A stretch of DNA of 63,813 nucleotides, filler included, from Reclinomonas americana ATCC 50394 (Eukaryota), in NCBI GenBank assembly GCA_048213135.1. It is 7 parts of 7 records of this genome, joined end to end, with 100 filler letters (N's around TTAATTAATTAA, not from the genome) between each part and the next. Parts side by side here need not be neighbours in the genome. Positions count along the whole stretch, not along the records: positions 49,483 to 54,756 come from PS015628.1; positions 54,857 to 61,757 come from PS015629.1; 5 more parts are not named here. The stretch is one strand, 5' to 3'. The notes below the pieces were generated by a model, which made no database searches, had not been told where the DNA came from, and saw nothing but the letters and a program-made list of their open reading frames with translations. Positions 49,621-58,856 of the stretch are shown here, in pieces (the stretch's first letter is position 1; each line of letters begins with the position of its first letter). Position numbers and translations under genes: made by a program.

Positions 49621-50832
49621 CTTGTTGATCGGGTTGCCGGAGCGGGCAGCGTGCTGGATGGTGCGGATCTCGCTGATGGCCCAGTCGACGCTCGCGTAGA
49701 AGTCGGCATCACTGCGAGGCGATGGTGAGTCGAAGAAGGCAGAGCGCTGGCAAAGGGAGGGAGAGACGCAACAGATCCATCGTGTCGATGGAGATCTCGG
49801 TGGCGCCGCCAAAGCCGTCGCAGATGCGCACGTTGTAGCCGTAGCCAGTGAACAGTGCCACCAGCTCCTCGTTGCTCATGGCTGCGTGAAGCGGAGGAAT
49901 GAGGGGAAGGGAGGAGAGGGGAAAGAAAGGGCATGTGAAGAAACTCACCGCCGAAAATCGTGGGCTCGGCAATCTTGTACCCACTGCAATCATACAACAT
50001 AATGTGAGTAACGTGAGAGAGACGAAAAGAAGGATTGCACACGAGCCGCAACTTGACGTGCAGAATGGGCAGCACGGCACCACTCTCAGCCGGGTCGAGC
50101 CACTTGGTCGAGTGCCACGCGGCGGCAGTCGGGCCGGTCTCGGCCTCGCCGTCGCCCACCAGGCACGGGACGATCAGGTCGGGATCTAGGAGGTAGGAAG
50201 GGTGGTGAGGATGAGGGGGGAAGGGGAGAGGGGGGGGGAAAGGGGGAGGGAAAGGGGAAAGAGGGAAAAGGGAAAGAGGGAAGGGGGAAGAGAAGGAAAG
50301 GGAGAGGGAAAAGGGAAAGAGGGAAAGGGGAAGAGAAGGAAAGGGAGAGGGAAAGGGGGAGGGAGAGGGGGAGACAGAGGGGGAGAGAGGAGGGGAGCAG
50401 GGAAGAGAGGGACGAAGAGGAAGAGGAAGAGAAATGTGACAGAAACGAGTGACAATGGGAAAGGACTGAGCAGACGGTATTTCGGAGGAGGGTAGAGAGC
50501 GCACGATCCCACTGACAACGCAACTGTCCATCACGGCACCATAGGCCACAGCCAGCGCGTAGCCGAGCTCGCCGCCCTCGTGAATGCTGCCGGGCGTCTG
50601 TGTGCGAATGCACGAGATGAGCCACACCACATTACGCACTGCCAAACGCAAGTAGACACACACAAACCTCGGCATTGATGTGCGACGGGAAGCCGCCAGG
50701 CCACGAGAACTGGCGGATCAAGTGCGCCGCGCCCTCCAGCGTCAGCACGTTGCTGGGGTAGAAGGTGCCCAGGCTGCCCTCGGCAAAGAGGTTCGACAGC
50801 ATGGCGGGTGCGCCGTGGCCGGGACCGACGAC
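49621..50832 (-). CDS. xfp: Phosphoketolase, middle exons (segment inverted between gaps)
   Basis: GPGHGAPA...[27 protein letters not shown]...GDGEAETGP...LHVNGYKI (TPP-binding region). Confidence 0.95.
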
Positions 50833-50868
50833 CTACACGAGGAGAAGGGAGAGAGAGTGAGGGAAAGG

Positions 50869-50902
<34 letters not shown>

Positions 50903-50989
50903 CGAGAGACGAAGAAACAGAGAGGAACAAATGAAGAATGAGAGCTNNNNNNNNNNNNNNNNNNNNCTCTCTTTCTTTTCTTTCTTCTC

Positions 50990-51026
<37 letters not shown>

Positions 51027-51146
51027 GTCCCCTCGCTCTCTCTTTCTCTTCCCCTCTCTCCTCTCTTCCCCTCTCTTCCCCCTCCCTCCCCTCCCCCTTC
51101 CCTTTCCCTTTCCCTTTTCCGAACTGACCCTTTGTGTCTTCGGCAG

Positions 51147-53553
51147 CCTCGCTTCCCGATGATCGTCCTCCGCAGCCCGAAGGGCTGGACCGGCGTGCGC
51201 ACTCTGGACGGCGAGCCCGTCGAGGGCTCCTTCCGCAGCCACCAGGTGCCGTGCTCGGACACATACACCAACCCCGCCCACTTGCGCGCCATTGAGGACT
51301 GGCTGCGCAGCTACCGCGTTGCGTTTCCTTTTTGCTTGACACGCGTCCTTTCCCATCAATCGCACTCACCACAATGTTGCTTCAGCCCGAGGAGCTGTTC
51401 CGCGTGGAGGACGGCAAGTGGCTGTTGAAGGAGTTCCTGGAGGACTTTTGCCCAAAGGGCAACCTGCGCATGGGCTGCAATCGGTCAGTTCTTTTTGTGC
51501 AATCCTCCCTGTTCCACACACGACGCTCACCTTTTCGTTGTATTCTCGCTGCAGCCACACGTGCTACTGGCGCCCCGACGGCTCCCACGTCGACCCGTGC
51601 GCTCACCTCGATGTGCGTCTTGCTTGTCTTTTTTTAATCCTTGCATCCTCCCGATTGCTGAGTGTCTACACAGCTGCCGAGCCTGTTCGAGTTCGCCACC
51701 CACGTCAATGTCGCCCAGCGTGACTCCACTGGTGTGTCGTCGGCCATTGACAGCTCGACGCGCCAGCTGGGCAAGTTCCTGCGCGAGGTCGTGTCGCGCA
51801 ACCCGCGCACGTTCCGCGTGTTCTCGCCCGACGAGTTCGTCTCCAACAAGCTCAACTACATTTTCGATGTGACGCACCGCAACTTCCAGTGGCCGATTGG
51901 ACGCGGTGACTACCACATTGAGAAGCAGAACGGAGGTCGCGTGCTGGAGATCCTCTCCGAGCACACGTGCCAGGGCTGGATGCAGGGTTACTCGCTGACC
52001 GGTCGCTACGGCATGCTGCCGAGCTACGAGGCCTTTTTGGGTGCGTATTGTGCTTTTTCACTTGTTTTTTTTGCATCCTCTCCCTCACCGACCATCATGT
52101 GCAGGCATCATCGCCACCATGATGGACCAGTACGCCAAGTTCATCAAGATGGCGACGCCGCTCGAGTGTTGCGTGGCAGTTGCCGAGTGTGTGGAAGTGG
52201 GGGAAGAGTTTGCTTACCCCTCGTGATGTAAACAGGGCGCCCGCGCGTGCCGAGCCTGATTTACCTGGAGACCAGCACTTTGTGGCGCCAGGAGCACAAT
52301 GGCTTCAGCCACCAGAACCCGAGCTTCATCAACACCGTGCTCAACAAGAAGGTTTGTTTCGTCCCTCGTTGATGTTCTTGGCGGCGAGTGCTGACGATTT
52401 TGATGCAGGCGCACTTTGCTCGCGTGTACCTGCCGCCTGATGCCAACACTCTGGTCGCCACCTACCACCACGTGCTGCGCTCGACCAACAAGTGCTGCCT
52501 GATTGTGGCACCCAAGTACGAGATGCCGCAGTGGTTCACGATGGAGGTCAGTCGCTTGTCTATAGTTGAACAAAGCAGCGCGTCTCACCAACTCCAATAG
52601 GAAGCACTGGCTCACTGCCGCGCCGGCGCCGGCGTGTTCAAGTGGTGCAGCACCGACGATGGCGAGAACCCCGACGTGGTGCTCTGCGGTATCGGTGGCG
52701 AGGTGTGTGACTGGAGAGGACTACTTGAGTGACAAAATGGGTTGCTGACTTTTTCTGTGTGCAGGTGATGGTGGAGACGGTGATGGCCGCTCGCATCCTC
52801 TTCAAGAAGCTGCCGAAGCTGCGCATCCGCGTGGTCAACGTCACCGATCTCTGTTGCGTGGATTCTTCAACCGTTGTTCTTCTCACAATCACGATTTGCT
52901 CACTTTCCTATTCCCCAATGCAGTGGTGCTGTCAACCGACCACCAGCACCCGCATGGCCTGTGCGACGCTCAGTTTGCGTCGCTCTTCACTGCGGACAAG
53001 CCGGTGATCATCAACTTCCACGGCTACCCGTCAGCCGTCAAGGAGGTGAGTGACACCAACATTGCACAGCTTCTTTCCAATGTCGTATCACTCACCAACT
53101 TTTCACTGCAGTTGCTGTTCGATCGCCCGAACACGGCTCGCTTTACCATCCACGGCTACATGGAGGAGGGTGAGTGTGACCCCGCCCACGCATCCCTTGT
53201 CTATACACACATCAGCACTCACTCTCATTTCGCCCAACAGGAACCACCACCACGCCGTTCGACATGCACGTGCTGAACCAGACCGATCGCTTCACGCTTG
53301 CCCGCGAGGCGGTTGAGTTCGGTGTTGCGGGCGGCAACAAGGCCATTGAGGCCGACGCCCTGGGCCTGCTCTCGCACTTTGCCTACCTGCTGCGCGATCA
53401 CCACCAGTTTCGTCGCAGTATTCAGACAGTCTTCGTATCGTTGTTGCTCATCTCACCTCCCCCCACAGCTACGTGCGCCAGTACGGCAAGGACGCCGACC
53501 ACATCCTGCTGTATCCGGATGCGCCGTCGACGGAGGGCTCCTCGTCAACATGA
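51147..53553 (+). CDS. xfp: Phosphoketolase, 3' exons
   Basis: [13 protein letters not shown]...FRSHQVP...[11 protein letters not shown]...[15 protein letters not shown]...[13 protein letters not shown]...FHGYP...[14 protein letters not shown]. Confidence 0.96.
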
Positions 53554-53766
53554 TGAGTGCATGCCCGCAACTTACCGTGTTTTGTTGTTGAGCGAATGAG
53601 AAGGAAAAAATCGAGCAAATCTGTCAATGAAATATCGACCACCAGTGTTTAATTATTATTGAAGGGGGCATCGACAAGTGTCAGAGGGCTCCCTTGCTGA
53701 ATACACGCCTTGACTTGTTGTTGTTTCACGGAAAAGGGAATCATGCAAGCATTGTGGTCAGTTTAA

Positions 53767-54131
53767 TCATTGTGCCGCATATGCATGCAACGCCGCCACT
53801 GCCTGCTGCGCCATCTCGAGTTCCTCGTCGGTGGGCACGACCAGCACCTTGATATAGTGCGAGTCCGCCGCAGCGTCGGGTGGTGGCGAGCGACTGATCT
53901 CCCATGCCTTGTGGCCCTGCTCGCGATGATGCCGCTTGGAGACGGTGTTCAGCGCGGGATCGAGGGCCAGGAAGCCTCGCAAGCAGCGCAGACCGCTGTA
54001 GAGGGGGAAAGGAGTGAGCGCGTCGCAGGGGAGGAAGGCGGTGGGGCACGACGTACATGCATATTTGTTCGCGGATAAAGGCGCTGTTCTCGCCAATGCC
54101 GGCGGAGAAGACAATGGCGTCCAGCTCGGCG
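53767..54131 (-). CDS. ack: Acetate kinase, last two exons (rest in gap)
   Basis: LDAIVFSAGIGENSAFIREQIC ... KVLVVPTDEELEMAQQ: acetate kinase C-terminal signatures. Confidence 0.9.
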
Positions 54132-55500
54132 CTGTGGGAGGGGAAGGGATTAGAGGGGAGAGGATGGGAAGGGAAGGGATTGGAGGGGAAGGGATAAGAG
54201 GGGAAGGGAGGGAAGGGAGGGAAGGGAGGGAGGGAAGGGAGGGAGGGAGGGAAGGGAGGGAAGAGACGGGAAGGAGGGAAGGGAGGGAACGGAAGGGAAC
54301 TGTGAGATGGGAAGGAGAGGGACAAGGAGGGAGGAAAGGAAGGGAGGGAAGGGAGGGCAAAGGGAGAGAGGAAGTGAGGGATGAGAGGGAACGGCGAGAC
54401 GGGAAGGAGGGATGAAAGGGAAGGGAGGGAATGGAGGGAAGGGAGAGAGGGAGGGAGGGAGAGAGGGAAGGGAGGGGAAGGGAGGGGAAGGGAGACAGAG
54501 AAAGAGGAAGAGGCAGAAGAAGAGGAAGAGACAGTGAGAGAGGCACAGGAAGAGACAGAGGCAGAGGAAGAGACAGAGGTTGAGACACAGCGACAGACAC
54601 AGAGGCAGAGGAAGAGGAAGAGACAGAAGCAGAGGAAGAGACAGAGGCAGAGAAAGAGGAAGAGACAGAAACAGAGAGGAGAAGACAGAACGAACACACA
54701 CACACACACACACAAAGAGAGAGAGAGAGAGGAAGGTAGTTCGCCCCTCAGCGACGNNNNNNNNNNNNNNNNNNNNNNNNNNNNNNNNNNNNNNNNNNNN
54801 TTAATTAATTAANNNNNNNNNNNNNNNNNNNNNNNNNNNNNNNNNNNNNNNNNNNNGGGTAAAAGTCGACAAACTGCACACAAGAGAGAAAGAGAGAGCA
54901 AGTGAGATATTCACAGATTCCTTCTCGAAATCATGTCTCATGTGATGTGTGCATGAGAGAGAGAGAGAGAAACAGTGAGGGAGTGAGTGTGAGAGTTGTG
55001 TCTCTCTTTGGTGTTTGTTTGTTTGTTTGTTTGTTGGGCATCACCATCGCGCACACACAGACACACACACATACAAACCATGCAATGTGCTGTCGAGGAT
55101 GTGCGGCAGAGGCAGTGGCCTGCGCCCACACTCCGCTAAAGATGCGAGTCACGTGGCCGCGCAAGCGCGACGCAGTGAACATTTGTGTGTAGTCTGTGTT
55201 TGTGACAAATGAATTTTCCCGATGCGAAGTTGTGTGCTGAGTCGCGTACCAGTCAGTGTTCACCGTGTGGAGGAGAGACATGTGATGTTTGTGGACTGTA
55301 CAGCACTGCTTGTTGCAGAGAAAACGAGCATGAGCAACTTCGCAATTTGACTTCGCGCGCGATCGCGCAACTGCAAGCTGACCCTGAAAGAAGAAGTAGA
55401 CGCAAGTGCTCAGCAGAAAAGAGGCAACTGCAGGAAGCATGCATAACCCGTGCACGTCCTGGGGGTTCAGAACCCACCGAACAAACCTCGCTGCGACTTC

Positions 55501-56604
55501 ATGGCCTCCTCTTCTGCCCCTGATCCACCACTCTTCGAGTTCTCCAGAGTCCGCATGAAGGCACCTGGGTGCGTGTACTCTGTCGCCGTCACTCCCGACG
55601 GGCAGTACATTGTCAGCGGTGGTGTTGGCAATGTTGTGTGCGTGTGGTCGCTGGCGAATGGAGAGTGCGTGTGGAAGCTGAGAGGGCACAAGGCGGCGGT
55701 GATGTCTGTCGCCGTTGCTCGTGATGATGACGGGCAGCTGTTTGTTGTCAGTGGAGGCTACGACTTGACTGTTCGCGTGTGGTCGCTGGCGAGTGGGGAG
55801 GAGGTGCGACGCTTGGAGGGACACACTCGCTACGTGCGGTCGGTGGCGGTCACTCCCGACGGTCAGCACGTTGTGAGTGGTGGAGGCCGTGGGGACGGCA
55901 CTGTGCGAGTGTGGTCCACGGCGAGTGGAGAGGAATTGCGACGCATCGAAGGGCGCGAACAAGATGAAGTGTTTTCAATCGTCGTCACTCCCGATGCTCA
56001 GCACTTTATCACTGCGACTGGAGACACCGACGTGGTACTGTGGTCGTTGGCGAGTGTCAAGCAGGTGCGACGGTTTGAGAGCCTTCGGACAGTGCGTTAT
56101 GTTGCGATTACTCCCTGTGGTCAGCACGTTGTCGGAGGTGGCGACCGTTCAGTGTCGGTGTGGTCCATGGTGAGCGGCAAGGAGGCTCGGCGACTCCATG
56201 TCTCGGTGAACTGTGTCGCCGTCACAAACGATGGCCAGCACGTCGTGATTGGTGGGGACCGGTACAACGCTTTGCGAGTGTGGTCTGTCGCGAGTGGAGA
56301 AGACATGCAATGGTTGCCGGGGCACAGTGACGCAGTGCAATCTGTCGCCATCACGTACGACGGCGAGCACGTGGTGAGTGCGGGCAGCGATGCGACGGCG
56401 CGTGTGAGGTCGACGGTACGCGGCCTTGCCGGCATCGACCTTGATCAGGCTCGCCTGGCCATGCGCGCTGTTCAGGAGATGCAGGAAGCCGATGAGCAGA
56501 TGGATCCACGCTGCCTGCCTGAAATTGTGCTGCGCTGCTTCATCGTCGAGGATGCCGAGGTGGTGCTCTTCCGATGCCGTGTTGGCCCCGACCGGCACCT
56601 GTAG
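55501..56604 (+). CDS. WD40 family copy 8 (intronless)
   Basis: MASSSAPDPPLF..., 7 WD repeats, tail PRCLPEIVLRCFIVEDAEVVLFRC. Confidence 0.92.
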   Translation: MASSSAPDPPLFEFSRVRMKAPGCVYSVAVTPDGQYIVSGGVGNVVCVWSLANGECVWKLRGHKAAVMSVAVARDDDGQLFVVSGGYDLTVRVWSLASGEEVRRLEGHTRYVRSVAVTPDGQHVVSGGGRGDGTVRVWSTASGEELRRIEGREQDEVFSIVVTPDAQHFITATGDTDVVLWSLASVKQVRRFESLRTVRYVAITPCGQHVVGGGDRSVSVWSMVSGKEARRLHVSVNCVAVTNDGQHVVIGGDRYNALRVWSVASGEDMQWLPGHSDAVQSVAITYDGEHVVSAGSDATARVRSTVRGLAGIDLDQARLAMRAVQEMQEADEQMDPRCLPEIVLRCFIVEDAEVVLFRCRVGPDRHL

Positions 56605-56883
56605 GGCGGTGCGAGTTGTCACTTGTTTGGGTGTCGGGACTTCCCGAGAGAGTGAAGTCAATTGCAATGCAGTAAAGTCCATCGTTTACCAGTGCCCGCA
56701 GCACCTGGCGAAGACCTTCTTTGATGTTGATGGAATGTGACAGAGAAAGAACACGCAATACGAGAGAAGCCACAATCGGGACCCCGCGAACGCCAATGTC
56801 CCACACCTTCTGTTGTCCTTGCCTCCCACATCAACATTCGCATCCACAAGCGCAGCCCATCAGCCACCCTCTTCTTCACTTCC

Positions 56884-57960
56884 ATGACCTCTCCACTCTT
56901 CTGCCGACTGCTCATTCAGGCGCCTGAGCAAGTGTACGCAGTCGCCATCACCCCCGAAGGCCAGCACATTGTGGGAAGCACCGACAACAATACGCTGTGT
57001 GTATGGTCTCTGGTGAGTGGGGAAGAAGTGCGACGATTACAGGGGCATTCCAAAGGGGTGGTCTCTGTCGCCGTCACTCCAGACGGCCAGCATGTAGTGA
57101 CTGGCAGTCGTGATCATACAGTACGAGTGTGGTCGCTGGTGAGCGGGGAGGAAGTGCGACGACAAGAGGAGCACTCAGGAGTGGTGTTCGCTGTTGCGGT
57201 TACTCCCGACGGTCGGCACTTTGTAAGCGGCGGCGGCTTCGGTGACAGCACAGTGCGCGTGTGGTCGCTGGCGAGCGGGGAAGAGATGCTATGCTTCAAT
57301 GGACACACACAAGGAGTGACTTCCGTTGCCATCACCCCCGACAGTCAGCGTGTTGTGAGTGGAGGTAATGACTGTACTGTGCGAGTGTGGTCACTGGAGA
57401 GTGGCGAAGTCGTGCAACAGTTGGAGGGGCACGCTGACTGGGTGAATGCTGTTGTCGTCACACCCGACGGTCAGCATGTTGTGAGCAGTGGAGACGGCGG
57501 CGCAGTGAGAGTGTGGTCTCTGGCAAGTGGCGAAGAGGTGCGGCGGCTGGAGGGGCACATTGGTCCGGTGCAATCTGCTGCCGTCACCCCCGACGGCGAG
57601 TACGTGGTGAGTGGGGGCGACGACGGCACGGTGCGGCTGTGGTCATTCGCGAGCGGAGAAGAAGTGCAACGGTTGGAGGGACACACTGACACGGTATGGT
57701 CTGTCGCCATCGCTCCCAGTGGTCAGCACGTGGTGAGAGGGAGCGGTGATAAGACGGTGCGCGTGTGGTCCACTCCTTGTGGCCTCGCCCTGAATGAAGT
57801 TGAACAAGCACGCCTGGCCATGCACGCTGTTCGGGAGGCGCAAGAGGATGGGGATGAGGTGGTGGTGGATTCGCGCTGCCTGCCAGAGATGGTGCTGCGC
57901 TGCTTCATTGTCGAGGATGCCGAGGCAGTGCTCTTCCGAAGTCGCACAGATCGACTCTAG
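56884..57960 (+). CDS. WD40 family copy 9 (intronless)
   Basis: MTSPLFCRLLIQ..., 7 WD repeats, tail [24 protein letters not shown]. Confidence 0.92.
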   Translation: MTSPLFCRLLIQAPEQVYAVAITPEGQHIVGSTDNNTLCVWSLVSGEEVRRLQGHSKGVVSVAVTPDGQHVVTGSRDHTVRVWSLVSGEEVRRQEEHSGVVFAVAVTPDGRHFVSGGGFGDSTVRVWSLASGEEMLCFNGHTQGVTSVAITPDSQRVVSGGNDCTVRVWSLESGEVVQQLEGHADWVNAVVVTPDGQHVVSSGDGGAVRVWSLASGEEVRRLEGHIGPVQSAAVTPDGEYVVSGGDDGTVRLWSFASGEEVQRLEGHTDTVWSVAIAPSGQHVVRGSGDKTVRVWSTPCGLALNEVEQARLAMHAVREAQEDGDEVVVDSRCLPEMVLRCFIVEDAEAVLFRSRTDRL

Positions 57961-58533
57961 GAGGGGATTAATACGACGCTTCTGGCATGTTGCCGGGCTG
58001 TGATGGTGCTCTTGATGACTTTTGACACCAACACTTGTTGCTGTCCTTCTGCATTCCGGTAATTAAGCTGCGCCGCAGCCTCAGGGCAACTAGATCCATC
58101 GCGTCGCTACTGCAGCACTCAGCTTCAACGAGTTCAGCGTCGACGTCTGCGTACGGCTGCTGGTATCAATGCGCCATGAAATCCCCTCGAGGCCAACACG
58201 CGTTTGATTGGCTTTATCTCCTGAAAGGGAAGATGACTGTTGGAGAAGTAAGTATATTGTTGGTGTGCCAAGGTCATTGTCGGCAAGGGATTTGTGGGTG
58301 TTGTCGCATTATTGGAATGTGGCCTAGAATGCCAGCGTTCCGATGTTTCTGGCTGTCTCATCTGGTGCTCACTCGGGATGGTCATCGTCATGCTGCTGTG
58401 TTGATGTTTTGGAGAGTAAACTTGTCGGATATTTGTCGCATTATTGGTGTAGTGCATGAGGTGTTTGTTTTTCCTCGTTTCGTCCCCTTCCTTGTCCCCC
58501 GTTCCTGTTGTCGTTTGCTCGCATTTGGGTGAG

Positions 58534-58554
58534 ATGGCAGAGCAGCAGGTGATG

Positions 58555-58590
<36 letters not shown>

Positions 58591-58822
58591 TTTCCCAAAG
58601 CTGCTCTCCTCTCTCATCTTCGTCTCACCAATTTGATATCCGCAGGATTGGGCTCTCGGTGATGAGTGTGCCATCGATATGTCGGCTGCGGGCTACCTCG
58701 GAGGCGGCGCTGTTGCGTTCACGCCGTCCCTCTTGCTGTCGCTCACACGTGCTTGTTGCCACTGACCGCTAACTGTGTGTGCGTCTCTTTTTCTGTCTCT
58801 CTCTCACACTCACACACACGCG

Positions 58823-58856
<34 letters not shown>

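Noticed and set aside
49383..50966. Phosphoketolase middle exons inverted
   Set aside because: Same pattern: bounded by a linker gap and an N-gap, so most likely an assembly orientation error.
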